A stretch of 64,000 bases of DNA. It comes from Eledone cirrhosa (lineage: Eukaryota). The notes beneath the pieces were generated by a model that was not told the DNA's origin, made no database searches, and saw only the letters and a list, made by a program, of their open reading frames with translations. The stretch covers positions 17,608,001 through 17,672,000 of the forward strand of contig OZ024762.1 of the NCBI GenBank assembly GCA_964016885.1, written 5' to 3'. The position numbers and the translations under genes were made by a program. Each line of letters opens with the position of its first letter. Position 1 is the stretch's first letter. Of this stretch, positions 40,901-53,884 are shown piece after piece.

Positions 40901-41611
40901 ATCGGCTTCGTCTGGCACAAATGAGTATTACACGATGGAAAGGAAGGGAAGTAATTCTTCGGTGACAAAGGGAGATAATATTCGTAACAGCATGCGCTGG
41001 GGTTCCGTGTGAATTTATTTCCTAGGAGGTTTTTTTTTCTTTCTGTTTTCTACTAATCTGACCTCGAACTCACTAGAACCCCCCCCCCCCCCCCCACACA
41101 CACACACAAAAACAGGGGACTCGGGGGACTCGGATCTTTCTTTGGTGGAATTTTTTTTTTTTTGTTTTCAATGAATCTGAAATCCAATTTATTTGCAAAG
41201 ACCCCTTTTTCTGAAAATGGAGGTGAGAGAGAGGGGTTCCCTCGGAGTTACAGATAAGCACCTCTCTACTGTTTAAATTTATAGAAAAGTACCCACTGAG
41301 GTTCAGTGGGAATTTTTTTTCCTAGTTTTTTTTTTTTTTTTGTGTGTTTTTAACTAATCTGACATTCATCTAACACTCCCCCCTCCCCCCCTAAAAAAAC
41401 GAAAAAAAAAACAAAGGGGGACCCTCAGAGTTTTGCACCTTCGGAGAATATGCACTTTCATGGGAATATTTTCCTTATGTTTTTTCGCGTGCTTTCAAAC
41501 AACCCGACCTCTGTCGGAAAGTAACGATAAAATGGAAGGTGTAAGATAAATATTTGTATGTTCAGCTATCTCTACATCAGTTTGCCGAACACTAACGCAC
41601 AGAACTCATCC

Positions 41612-41945
41612 AGTAAGGATGAAAGGCAAAGCTAATCTCGGTGGGATTTGAACTCAGAACGTAAAGAGACGTAATGCTGTGAAGCATGTTGTCTGACGCT
41701 CTACCGATTCTGCCAATTTCATTGCCTTGTTGTAAAACGTGTCTATATTTTCAATCTGTAAGCATTAGTATCAGTAGAGGGTCGGACGCCATGCTTTGCA
41801 GCATAGAGTTACGGCCCTTTACAGCCTGAGTTTAAAATCCCGCTGAGGTTATCTTTGCCTTTCACCCTTACGAGGTCGATAAAATAAAGTACTAGTAATG
41901 TACTGGGATAATTGCTGGCCTTGTGCCAAAAGAAGAAACAATTAT
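41612..41945. mobile_element. Two divergently oriented tRNA-SINE copies
   Basis: 41612-41727 on minus and 41771-41945 on plus; same family as 26828-27017. Confidence 0.75.
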
Positions 41946-42993
41946 GTTATTATATTCATAGAAAAATATTGGATTGGCTGGCTGGTCCCATTGATTTTGA
42001 AGAGTTCATTCGCCCTTTTAACAGGTCTTGTTTATTTTTATGTTGCTGGGGTTACACTAACACTCCTCACCAGACTAGGATGAGGGAGACGGTTTAGTCG
42101 CTGACCGCTGGACCCAGAAACAGGTTGTACTGGGTTACATAGTACCAATAGCAAGCAGAAACCTGGCCTGGCCATATATATATATATATATATATGGTGG
42201 CTGCCAACTCGTTTTCGAGTACGGCCACTACTTTATATCCAAGTAGGAGAACCCCTACCGATACGCTGAACGAGTGTGACTTTTTAGTCCAGCCAGCGAC
42301 TTGAAAACTCTGATACAAACACTACACTTGTGACAATTATTGACACATAGTGCTGGGCCCATGTGACGACAAGTGCAGAGAGATCTACAGATATAAAGCA
42401 ATGCCTGTGCCATGAAGCTTTTATAGTGAGCAAAGGCTCTGCACAAAGCCAGTCCCACTCTCTTAACCAAGATGATATTTACCAAAAAGAAGAACAAGTC
42501 AACATCATTGTATATATATATACAGACGTATATTTAGACAGCGTCAAGAGAGTAGAGGCTGTTTTTAACCTTGTTATTTCTGTTATATATTTATATGGTA
42601 TGGATCTGTAATTCCGAGGGAGTCGTAAAGTCGCCATATTGATAAACGTTGTTTCTTAGAACATTTAAAAAAAACCTGGCGGCGCCCAATTGTCTCCAGA
42701 TCTGAATTCAGCAGATTTCTTCCAGTGAAAGTGTGAGAAAATGGAAGTGAGAAAGAGATATAGAGGAAGAATTGACCCCAGTACTAGACTGGTACTTGTT
42801 TTTATTCACCTTGAATGGATGAAAGGCAACGTTGACCTCGGTAGGATTTGAACTGAGAGAGCAATTAGAAAAAAGTATTCATAAAATTATAAAACAAACA
42901 AACAAAAAGTTGATAAATATTTTTTTTTTATTGTTGTTTATAAATTAATTCAACGATTGCTTTATTACATTTCATAAATACACCGGGTGGCTT

Positions 42994-43324
42994 TCAGTGG
43001 ATTGTTTCACATTCACAACCAGATTTGATTTTAATATGATCAAAATAGGCCGCTCTGGAATCGTCATAGGTTACCAAGGCATATTGGTAAATGTAACGCT
43101 GCACACATATCGATCTATAAGCGTTTTGTACGTATTTGCAGGGTTTGTTTAGAAATTCTTTGGTACAACGTCTGTGGTAAAACTCTTGAGTAAAATTACT
43201 TTCGTGGTAAAGATTCACATGTCGCCCAAGCCTTGTAATAGCTCCCTTAAGCGTGAAAGTTCCAGAAACGGAAGGACAGCAACTTGAGTAGGTTTCCTTC
43301 CTTGTAGAACTCCTAGAAACGTGT
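42994..43324 (-). CDS. Spaetzle/neurotrophin-like cystine-knot protein, last exon (mature domain)
   Basis: Acceptor after a strong pyrimidine tract, phase 2. HVSRSSTRKETYSSCCPS...QEFYHRRC...PCKY...CVQRY.YQYALV...IKIKSGCECETIH* with 7 Cys. AATAAA at 42966-42961. Confidence 0.85.
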
Positions 43325-43415
43325 CTGGTGGTTTAAAGAAAAGAAAAAAAAATATTTAGAGTAAAATATGTTAAGCAGACGACGACATATCTTATCAAAC
43401 AGACATACACACAGG

Positions 43416-43445
<30 letters not shown>

Positions 43446-43448
<3 letters not shown>

Positions 43449-43645
43449 AACCAGTAAGACCCCGACAGCTGAGCTCAAGCCGTTTCGACGGCTAATTCTG
43501 GACTAAATGAAAATTTATCCTGGTATTTAAATAGCCGATCTTCTCAAGGGGTAATTCCATATATAAATACCAGGATAAATTTTCATTTAGTCCAGAATTA
43601 GCCGTCGAAACGGCTTGAGCTCAGCTGTCGGGGTCTTACTGGTTC
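43446..43645. repeat. Fold-back of a dispersed family (also 53530-53730 and 60030-60185)
   Basis: GACCCCGACAGCTGAGCTCAAGCCGTTTCGACGGCTAATTCTGGACT and its reverse complement, embedded in (TA)n. Confidence 0.8.
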
Positions 43646-43725
43646 CTATTACCCACTCTACTACCTCAAGTATTGAGTACTTTGGTGCGTTATGGTCCAC
43701 CTGGTTCCTTACCACATTTCCTTCG

Positions 43726-43769
<44 letters not shown>

Positions 43770-43828
43770 CCTGTGTGTATGTCTGTTTGATAAGATATGT
43801 CGTCGTCTGCTTAACATATTTTACTCCA

Positions 43829-43850
<22 letters not shown>

Positions 43851-43861
<11 letters not shown>

Positions 43862-44712
43862 AAGAATCAAAGAACTGTTCAAAACATTATTGTGCTTACA
43901 GCTGTTTCCTCCAAACCGAGGTTTGGATTCTTCGGAGCAATTTATTAATGCATGGACAGTTATATGACCTCCTTTTCAGCCGAGAGACATACCAAATACA
44001 TATTCAAACATTGATACATATTCAAACATTGTGGGTCAACATTCATTACAGAATTTAGAGTGGCAGTACACACTTCGAGATTAGATTTATATTAATAGGT
44101 ACAATCAAAAATCAAAGATATAGGTTAAAGTACAACATGAAGATAAGTGGTTATATAGTGCAAATGTTATATGTGTGGCACGCATGTGCGTCTTGTTTAT
44201 ATAGTGTGGAGAGATATGTGTGGTAGAGGCACTTAGGTAGGTAAATAAGAGTGTTAGGTTGGTAGGTCTGGTGGCAAAGTCCTTATATGGACCAGACCTA
44301 CCAACCTAACACTCTTATTTACCTACCTAAGTGCCTCTACCACACATATCTCTCCACACTATATAAACAAGACGCACATGCGTGCCACACATATAACATT
44401 TGCACTATATAACCACTTATCTTCATGTTGTACTTTAACCTATATCTTTGATTTTTGATTGTACCTATTAATATAAATCTAATCTCGAAGTGTGTACTGC
44501 CACTCTAAATTCTGTAATGAATGTTGACCCACAATGTTTGAATATGTATCAATGTTTGAATATGTATTTGGTATGTCTCTCGGCTGAAAAGGAGGTCATA
44601 TAACTGTCCATGCATTAATAAATTGCTCCGAAGAATCCAAACCTCGGTTTGGAGGAAACAGCTGTAAGCACAATAATGTTTTGAACAGTTCTTTGATTCT
44701 TATATTTCATAT
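43851..44712. mobile_element. Long palindrome (~420-bp arms, 18-nt spacer) with a hammerhead in each arm; Penelope-like inverted repeat
   Basis: 43851-44272 is reverse-complementary to 44291-44712. Confidence 0.85.
44624..44670 (+). ncRNA. Type I hammerhead ribozyme motif (U4C core variant); mirror copy 43893-43939 on minus
   Basis: TGCT-CCGAAGA-ATCCAAACCTCGGTTTGGAG-GAAA-CAGCT-GTA-AGCA, with palindromic stem III ACAGCTGT. Confidence 0.65.
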
Positions 44713-44871
44713 AACTGCTCTGTAAATCATCTGATGTTTTTACATTGAGCTACTTAACTTACTGGTAATAAGGTAGTAATACATTACTGCCTACCACTAT
44801 TTAGGGTGTGTGTAAAATACTTACAACTGCTTAAGGTTTTGTGTTTACATAACCATAAATAGTATAACTAA

Positions 44872-44939
<68 letters not shown>

Positions 44940-45019
44940 CCTGTGTGTATGTCTGTTTGATAAGATATGTCGTCGTCTGCTTAACATATTTTACTCCAAT
45001 ATATATATATATATGTATA

Positions 45020-45070
<51 letters not shown>

Positions 45071-45216
45071 GTATATATATATATATATATGTATATAATA
45101 TTATAGAGTAAAAAGACCGGAGGCCGGACAGGTTGAATGCTGTCAATTATTTATTTCTGAAAACACTATGCACATTTCAATGGCCAGGTTACGTATGAAA
45201 CTGGTGACATCATCAG

Positions 45217-45280
<64 letters not shown>

Positions 45281-45403
45281 GTATATATATACATATATAT
45301 ATATGTATATATATATGTAAAAGGTAAACAGAAATAACAACACAATCGGTACAGTATATGGAAGGGATATATTAGGTTAACACTTGAAATACCAGGAAGA
45401 GGG

Positions 45404-45439
45404 TCTTAACGTTTCGGACGCTAGGCCTTCATCAGAAGA
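45404..45439 (-). ncRNA. Minimal type I hammerhead motif
   Basis: TCTT-CTGATGA-AGGCCTAGCGTCC-GAAAC-GTT-AAGA. Relatives at 27931-27965 (CTAATGA) and ~27710-27745 (degenerate). Confidence 0.55.
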
Positions 45440-45547
45440 AAGAATGAAAAAATAAGATAGATTGAGGGGACGGGCGGGTTAGAATTGGAAAAAATGTCTT
45501 TAGATAAAAATAACAGGTCTATTCATGTTGACATCTCTTGCCCATCA

Positions 45548-46475
45548 ACATCATCATCATCATCATCATCATCGTCGTCGTCATTTTTACGTCCACTTTT
45601 CCACGCTTGCATCGGTTGGACGGGTCCTTCTCAACGTGGCTTTACTCCACACGACGCGATTCTTTGTCATCACCTCTCAGTTTCAGTGATTTGAGGTCAG
45701 CTCTCAGAAAATCTGCCCAGGTCTTTCTTTGTCTACATCTACTGCGACTTCCTTCCACTGGCATTTCCTATCACTTCTTCACCCAACGATCATAATCCAT
45801 ACACATCACATGCCTATACCAACGATGTCTTCTCTCCTGCACACTACCTTGAATTCGTCTTAAACTCAGCTTCTCCTTCAAATCGTCCAGGCTCTGCCTC
45901 TCTTTCACACTTAGATTGTACATCCAGTGGAGCATGGTTCCTTCGTTTCTCTCCAGTCTACACATGTCCTCTGTAATCACAGCCCATGTTTCACTACCAT
46001 GCATTCTCTCCAGTCTACACATGTCCTCTGTAATCACAGCCCATGTTTCACTACCATGCATTCTCTCCAGTCTACACATGTCCTCTGTAATCACAGCCCA
46101 TGTTTCACTACCATGCATTCTCTCCAGTCTACACATGTCCTCTGTAATCACAGCCCATGTTTCACTACCATGCAGCATCGCACTTCACATACACTTCACA
46201 TACACTTCAGCATCGCACTTCACATACAGGTGTCATACAGTCGTCCTTTTGTATGCAGGGAGAAACCTTTAGTGGTCAACAGTGGGAGTAGTCCTCTCAA
46301 CCTTTTCCATTCTATCCTTATTCTAGCTATTATGCTCTCAGAGCAACCCCCTCCAATGCTAATTATGTTGCCTAGAGAGCAGAAACTACCAACCACTTCT
46401 ATGGGTCCTTCCTCTAACTGGAACAGGCTTACGTTACTGGCTACCTTTCCCTCGGTTACCCCTGTACACCCCCTA
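45548..46475 (-). mobile_element. Diverged RTE 3' fragment containing a 57-bp x4 tandem expansion
   Basis: MHGSETWAVITEDMCRLER repeated 4 times (45947-46172); (GAT)n tail at ~45550. Confidence 0.85.
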
Positions 46476-46572
46476 CAAATATATATTTACACACACACAC
46501 ATATATATATATATATATGTATTTATGTATATATGTATGTATATGCATGTATTATACATACAAACACACACT

Positions 46573-46608
<36 letters not shown>

Positions 46609-47165
46609 ATAATTGTTTCTACTTTTGGCACAAGGCCAGCAATTACCCAGTGCATTACTGGTACTTTATTTCATCGACCCTATGAGGATGAAAGGCAAAG
46701 TTAACCTCGGCGGGATATAATAATGGTTTCAGATTTAGACACAAGGCCAGCAATTTGGGGGGGGGGAGGGGAAAGTCGATTAAATCGACCCCAGTGTATT
46801 ACTGGTGCTTTATTTTATCGTCCCCGTAAGGATGAAAGGCAAATTTAATCTCGGCGGGATTTGAACTCACAAGGTAAAGGGCCATAACTCTATGCTGCAA
46901 AGCATGGTGTCTGACGCTCGACCGATTCTGCCAATAATAATGGTTTCAGATTTAGACACAAGGCCATTAATGTTTTTTTGGGGGAGGGTGGGGGGGGGAG
47001 TCGATTAAATTGACACCAGTACGTTACTGGTATTTTATTTTATCGATCCCAGTTAGGATGAAAGGCAAAGTTAACCTCAGCGGAATTTGAACTCAGACCG
47101 TAAAGGAACGTAACTCTCTCTATGCTGCAAAGCATGTTGTCCGACGCTCTACCGATTCTGCCAAT
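46609..47165 (-). mobile_element. Three tandem tRNA-SINE copies
   Basis: GGATGAAAGGCAAA...GGATTTGAACTC-type units at ~46609 (partial), 46720 and 46935. Confidence 0.8.
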
Positions 47166-47497
47166 ACTGATGAAACGAATCTATGAAATACAACCGACGC
47201 AGCCACAGTTGTTTTCTCAGTCAATAATTTAATCAAGTCTGTATTATGAAGACAACCCAAGAAAATCAGAGTGGACACTTATACGTTAATTAGTGAGAAA
47301 AACGATTTTGTGTGGGTGGAAAATTAGATTTTCCGACCCCGGAATCTATCTACATCTATCTATCTGTAAAATCCCCGGCATGTCTTTGTATTGTCCCCTT
47401 TTCTTGTTGCGCCCTTGTGGCTAATAAAGAAATCTATCTATCTATCTATCTTTGTATTGTCCCCTTCTTTTGTGCCCCTGTGGCTAATAAAGAAACA

Positions 47498-47551
<54 letters not shown>

Positions 47552-47556
<5 letters not shown>

Positions 47557-47752
47557 ATAATACTAAAAGTCTGTGATTGCTTGCTTGCTTGTCTGTAATG
47601 TAATACAGCCAAAAGGGCGCATAATGGCAAAATACTTTGAAAGGAAGTTGACCCTGAAATGGGAATACAAATAGAATAAAACAAGTTTCGCGTAAATCGG
47701 ACCACGGTTCCCGAGATATGGGGTTTTTCCGGGTACCTTCATAAATAGAGCG

Positions 47753-47814
<62 letters not shown>

Positions 47815-48488
47815 TGGTTGTGAGATAGTAGATTGAAAGAGAGACATAGAGAGAGGGAGAGGAGACAGAGAAGGAAAATGTAAGAGAGAGGGAGAGAGAT
47901 AGATAGATAGACAGAGAGCTGGTGGTGTTGTTGCGTATATATATATATATGTGAGTGTGTGTATATATATATATATATATATGTGAGTATATATGTGTAT
48001 GTGTCTATGATCAGGGAATATAGATAACAGACACGCCCCCCCCCCCCACACACACACATCTATATATATATGTATAAAAACACACACATTTATATATATA
48101 TATATACATACACACATGTATATATATGGACCTTCCAGTTTCATTTCACATTAGATACAAGTTTGTGTATATTTTGACCCTTTAGCATTTAAACCGGCCA
48201 TATCCGGCCAGAACTATCTCACCTCTTTCTGTTCAAACCAGCTGTAACTGGTTGTTTATACTGATGTTAATGTATTCTTCTCAAAATAAATGATCTCAAA
48301 ATCTCGTAGATTTGACATTATGTGAGATAATTATATGAAATAAAGTGTATACCATAGAAATACAATAGTATATATAGAGTAATGTAAATGCTAAAGGGTT
48401 AATTATTTAAAAATCATTTTTAAGTGAACATGATTTAAAAAAATATAATTTGAAGTGAACGTGACCCGTTGGGTCACGGGTGGTCTAG
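47552..48488 (+). mobile_element. Non-autonomous Helitron
   Basis: 5' TC (TCTATATAATACTAAA), subterminal hairpin CGTGACCC-GTT-GGGTCACG, 3' CTAG, inserted between A and T. Confidence 0.75.
48178..48398. mobile_element. piggyBac-type MITE nested in the Helitron
   Basis: TIRs CCCTTTAGCATTTA / TAAATGCTAAAGGG with TTGA/TTAA flanks. Confidence 0.7.
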
Positions 48489-49241
48489 TAGTTTTATATA
48501 ACTGACCTGTGTTGGTAATATTTTCTCAGTTAGTGTCGACTTCAACAAGTCTGATAAGCGAGAGTGTGTGCTGTATGTGTCCCTACATTGCAAGCCGGAC
48601 AAAACAAATTATCTTTCTGTGTAGACTGTCTTTTGCAGAGTCGAAAAGCAGACTGATCTTCTAAAGTAAAATTTATCTATTATTTCTCCCCGCGTACCAT
48701 TGGCGCTGCTAGTCCTCCCATCAGAGAACGTTACCTAAGTTACGGGGCTCTGGAGTTGTAGCTCAACATTAAGGTGATTGTATGTGGCAGACTAAGAAAA
48801 CCTATTGTGGGAAAATGTGAAAAGATTTCACTATATATATCATTTAACCTCCGTTTTCCCTGTCAGCAAGTGTTTGAGGAGTGGTCACAGGCCAATCCAA
48901 TACTTAGTAGTAGCAACTTAATTATATACTCTCGAGTATTGAATACCCTCACGCCACTCCGTTTATTAAATTTGGTTAATCTATCCCCGTCGAAATTTTA
49001 TTTTAAGTGGTAACATTCCTGCGACAGTTAATTTGCTTTATGTATTAAAAACATTATACGTGACATAAAAAGTACATTACTAGAAATTCCATACATTATA
49101 AAATAAATAAGATGGGTTGGGAGTCTCAATATGTTCCACTCCACCCACCCCACTTATTCCAGCCCCTGCTTATCCTCGCCCCATTATTTGGAACCCGAGA
49201 GTATGTTTACCATAGTAAAAAAAAAAAAATTAAGCATTTAC

Positions 49242-49406
49242 CTTTTGAAGAAATTTAAGTCAAGTGTCTGAGAAAACCCTCGGGTGTTACTTATAGACTC
49301 TTGTCTGTAATGACTGTCTATGGGAGCTCTGTAAGTAAAATGATATGTGGGAAGGACTTTTGTTAAAAATAGTGTTGATGGAATTGGTGAAATTGGTGAA
49401 ATAAGC
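49242..49406 (-). CDS. Spaetzle-like precursor, coding exon 3 (prodomain, ends ...LNFFK-R)
   Basis: acaacag acceptor, gtaaat donor, 165 nt, phase 2/2, open frame. Creates a KR dibasic site at the junction. Confidence 0.75.
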
Positions 49407-49566
49407 CTGTTGTAAACAAATATATACCTACACACACACACATGCACACGTACACACATATACACATACACACATACACATTCACACACACCCAGACCCA
49501 CACGCATATACACATACACATACATATATACACACACACACCCATATATATATCTATATATATATA

Positions 49567-50050
49567 CAGTCATTTTTTCATTTAATGACCATGAGGGTGA
49601 CCTTTTCGCGGGTCGGTCATTAAAAAAAAAAATAATGACTAAATTAAAAAATTTCGAAGATCAAAATAATTTTTTATTGAAAAATTGAAGAAACCTAATT
49701 TTTAAATGTCCTAATATAGTTCGTTATTAGCGGCCTTCTTCTTTTTCTTGGTTCTCAGCAAGTTTTCAAGCAGTTGACCAACAGTTATCAGCGCGCTGTT
49801 TTCATTTTTCAGAAAATATCTTTCAAGGCCCTCCAAATATGCCAAGGCGTCCGCATATCCAATTGTGCCCTTGGGCGGTTCTGTGATGCAAGATTCTTCT
49901 AGTTCTTCACATTCCATCGTATACTCATTGAGAGTTTTCAAAAAATCATCATCAATATCAATCCCCTCATCCTCAGTTGGGAAGTAGTTTAATTCAGCTT
50001 CTTCTCCTAGTGTTTCTTCTAGTGCGTATTTTCTATTATCATCTTGAAAT
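49567..50050 (-). mobile_element. pogo/Tigger-like transposon 3' end
   Basis: TA-CAGT terminus. The ORF ends with an acidic stretch and ALAYLEGLERYF...LLRTKKKK, typical of Tigger transposase C-termini. Confidence 0.55.
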
Positions 50051-50069
50051 TCCGGTTTTCTCATGGAGG

Positions 50070-50357
50070 ACTCCTCGTTGAAGAACTCAGAGCTGTACGG
50101 AAGCCTCCCAAAAGTCAGCTCGAAAGTATCACAGAGGAGACTGAGGTTAGCTGGACATGCTCACCGACATTCAGAGTTGACACTGCACTCAGTGCTCCTG
50201 TGGGACACACTAGAAAAGAGAAACCAAGGTTGACATATGTTGATGCCCTAAGGACAGACACCGGTCTCTTGGAGACGCAGGATATGGCAGCGATGATGAG
50301 GGACAGAGACCGCTGGAGAGAACTCGTCCATGGATCTCGGGAATTTTACCCAACCTA
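50070..50357 (+). mobile_element. LINE 3' fragment
   Basis: KPRLTYVDALRTDTGL...MMRDRDRWRELV; same family as 9875-9990. Confidence 0.7.
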
Positions 50358-50445
50358 GATAGAAAAATATGTATACATCCTTTCCTTTGTTTATTATATA
50401 ATAAACAGAGGTTGTTTACGTAAAACTGTCTCTCACAATAATATT

Positions 50446-50503
<58 letters not shown>

Positions 50504-50891
50504 CAAAATTCAATAAGACCAAGGATTAGTATTATTGTTATTTATTTATACATCTACGATCGTTTCAATGCGGTTAGAATATTTCACCAATTATATATAT
50601 TAAAGCAGCATTGCAAGAGAGTTTATTGGAAGCGCAAATAAAGTTGTTGAAAAAAAGTTGTCTCATGCACATTCTGTTCTGCATCACTACAGAACAAACA
50701 CCTCACTCATCTGTTTTATTACAAACTTTTTCAGAAATCGATAGAGAGGTAGATAAATAAATAAATAAAGAGAGAGAGAAAGGGGTGGGGTGCGGGTGGG
50801 GGTGGGGTAAGTGAGAAAAGGAGCAAGAGAGGTGCAGGGAGGGAGAGTAATATGTAAATCCAGTTGCTATAAATACGTGTATGATACTTAC

Positions 50892-50983
50892 AAGCGCTCT
50901 ATATCTGCCAATAATTCTAGCATCTCTGGTAGACTTGAATTCCTTGATTCAGTTAAAAGGCAGCGCGATGCTGCTAATAGCAA
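50892..50983 (-). CDS. Spaetzle-like precursor, coding exon 2: LLLAASRCLLTESRNSSLPEMLELLADIER
   Basis: ccag acceptor, gtaagt donor, 92 nt, phase 0/2. Completes the hydrophobic signal peptide. Confidence 0.75.
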
Positions 50984-50984
50984 C

Positions 50985-50987
<3 letters not shown>

Positions 50988-51034
<47 letters not shown>

Positions 51035-52390
51035 CTTTCTTTATTAACCACAAGGGTTTACACAAAGTAAAATTATTAAGGACAATACAGGACAATACAG
51101 GACGGTACAAATGGGCATTTCTGCGTGTAAAAAAAAACAAAAACAGGATGTAACAAAAAAAAAAACAATGAAAAATTCCCCAAATAGAAGGGAGACTTCC
51201 GAGAGACATTCGTGGAGAAAGGCCATTAAAAAAGCCACGGTGACCCTGACCACCAGGGCAAGTGCCCTCTCCCAGTTCTCCACCTCTAATTTACAGGTGC
51301 ATACTCAGAGCAGGCCCATTCACTCAGGCCATGCTTGCCTCTCTCACCCATCTTTCAACAAATTGCTGGGAAGGGACCACTTTCCTCTCCATCCTGATTT
51401 TCCTTTTCAAATGAAATTTGAAAAAGTTAATCAGGGCATCACCGAAGAGATAAGTCCTCGTCTTCAGCCCTCGTCCTCCACGACCTCTTTCGCCATGGCC
51501 ACCAAGCAGATAAAAAATGCCTGCCCTTCCTGGCTAAAGGAAGACGGTTGGGAAATCCTCACTATGGCCTCAGCTGATAGCCGGATGGATCCAGCAGGTG
51601 TTTTACATAAACCCACAAGTCAGCAATGCTTGGACACTGGACGAGTGCGTGCAGGACGGTTTCGTCGCCCTGCGCGCATCTCTGACAGGCCCGGCTGACG
51701 GCACTTCCATGCCCGTAGAGTTTATCCCGAACTAGCAAAGCTCCCCGGTAGCACTGCCAGGCCAGGGATTTCTGGATGTTGTCCATGGGCCCCAGCCCAA
51801 AAGTTCTCCCGAAGAGATTGGCTAGTTCATTTTCGTCGACGTCCAGTCTCCCCAAGGATGTCGTCGCTCTTTCCCTCCACTAACCCTCTATAGAATGCCA
51901 AGGTGGAGTTTCCACCGATCGCATCGCCCGATAGGTCGAGGGTTGTAAGCGCCTGAAGACATTCCAATCTCCAAGCGCACTCTCTCGGTCTTCGCTTGAC
52001 CCAGGACTGCAGCTCCGCCAAGGAGACAAGCTGGGGAAAGACGCGTCTAGCAAACGGCGACCACACCTCATTACCGTCGAGAAAGAGATGGAGATGCCGT
52101 AGCTTGAGCGCATGCTTCCGCATCATCAGCCACAGCATGTCCAGCCCTTCTCGTAGCGGGTGTTGACAAAAAATGGACTGACCATCGGAGCGCGTCCCTT
52201 CCACAAAAAGCGAAAGAGCAAACGTTCCAACACAGACAGCCGAGGCTTAGGACAAGGCACGACGGTCAGGCGGTAGTAGATGACGGACGCGATGTACGGG
52301 TTTGCCACCTCCGCTCGACCTTTCAGGGATAGCTTCCTCTCGGCCCATTTCTGGGTGAGAGAGGCCACCCTGCTCGTCACCTCGTATGGC
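50988..52390 (-). mobile_element. L1/Tx1-clade LINE 3' fragment
   Basis: RKLSLKGRAEV...YYRLTVVPCP, CCHC knuckle CQRCAQGDETVLHALVQC, frameshifts, AATAAA and (ATT)n tail. Confidence 0.85.
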
Positions 52391-52769
52391 ATATACACAA
52401 TGGTTAGAGAGAGAGAAGAGAGAAGAGAGAGAGAGAGAGGGAGGGAGATGGATGAGCCAGACTAAGGTGTCATTTGTAGTATTATGGATTGCCATCAGGT
52501 CACCGAGAAAACGTCTGGGGGGACAATGCAGCCCTGTCTGGTCAGGGTCTCCAAGGTCACATGCTGGGCTGTCTTTCATTTACCATTAATGGAGTTGATG
52601 GGCTGTCATGGCAATGTGTTGTGAGGATCCGATTAAGGGACACCCATTGCTTTCTAGGAAGGTCAAAACCGGCTGGTTTAAATGTGGGGTTTTGACATTG
52701 TAAATATAATTTTGAAAATTTGAAATAGAATTTCAGAAAAAAAGTATAAAAGAAAAGTTTAATACTTAC

Positions 52770-52793
52770 GCAGAACAGTTTTAAAACCACCAT
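52770..52793 (-). CDS. Spaetzle-like precursor, coding exon 1: MVVLKLFC
   Basis: ATG at 52793 and gtaagt donor, phase 0. An acceptor (ttgcag) just before 52838 implies an unlocated upstream exon. Confidence 0.7.
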
Positions 52794-52894
52794 AGTCCCA
52801 CTGGCAAAATGGAGCTTAAACTGACGAAATAATATAGTCTGCAATGGAGAATAGGTAGTTAGATAGATAGAGAGATATATAGATAGATAGACAG

Positions 52895-52994
<100 letters not shown>

Positions 52995-53397
52995 GAGAGA
53001 GAGATGAGAGAGAGAGAGGGGAGAGAGAGAGAGGGGAGAGAGAGAGAGAGGAGAGAGAGCAGAGAAGGAAAGAGAGAAAGAGAGTTTATTTCATAGAAAT
53101 TGTAGAGCTCAATACATTTGGAGGCTATGTTTGATATTCTGTTGATATTCTAAACCATTTTAGGAGCATTTAAAGTCGTTTATGTAAACCTATGTAGCGA
53201 TAGTATAGCACTGTATAAATTTATGTCCACTGGTACAAACGGTATCGACCTTAATGTAATGAAACTGTAGTGATATCCAGAGTTTCACTGAGGAGATGGG
53301 ACTGTTCGTCATTTTATTGTATTTCACATTGTCTCTGTCTTGTGCGCCTCTCATTTTCAATTCCTATTCTAAAGACTTAGTCATGCGGGATTGTTTA

Positions 53398-53479
<82 letters not shown>

Positions 53480-53807
53480 ATATATATATATGTATATATA
53501 TATATTTATATATATATATATTTATATATAGGAACGAGTAGGACCCCGACGGCTGAGCTCAAGCCGTTTCGACGGCTAATTCTGGACTAAAATTTTAGTC
53601 CAGAATTAGCTGTCGAAACGACTTGAGCTCAGCCGTCGGGGTCCTACTCGTTCCTATTACCCACTCTACTACCCTAAGTATTGAGTACTTTGGTGCGTTA
53701 TGGTCCATCTGGTTCCTTACCACATTTCCTCCGTTATATTTATATATATATATATTTATATATATATATATTTATATATATATATATTTATATATATATA
53801 CATACAT

Positions 53808-53872
<65 letters not shown>

Positions 53873-53884
53873 CGTACATATATA

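Noticed and set aside
48735-48801. AG/GT-bounded segment as an extra exon of the Spaetzle-like gene
   Set aside because: Stops in all three frames; the gene is in frame without it.
20500-50700. GAAACG(G/A)T(C/T) half-hammerhead motifs at ~20515, 39010, 40035 and 50555 (minus)
   Set aside because: No matching CUGANGA core and stem I could be identified by eye.
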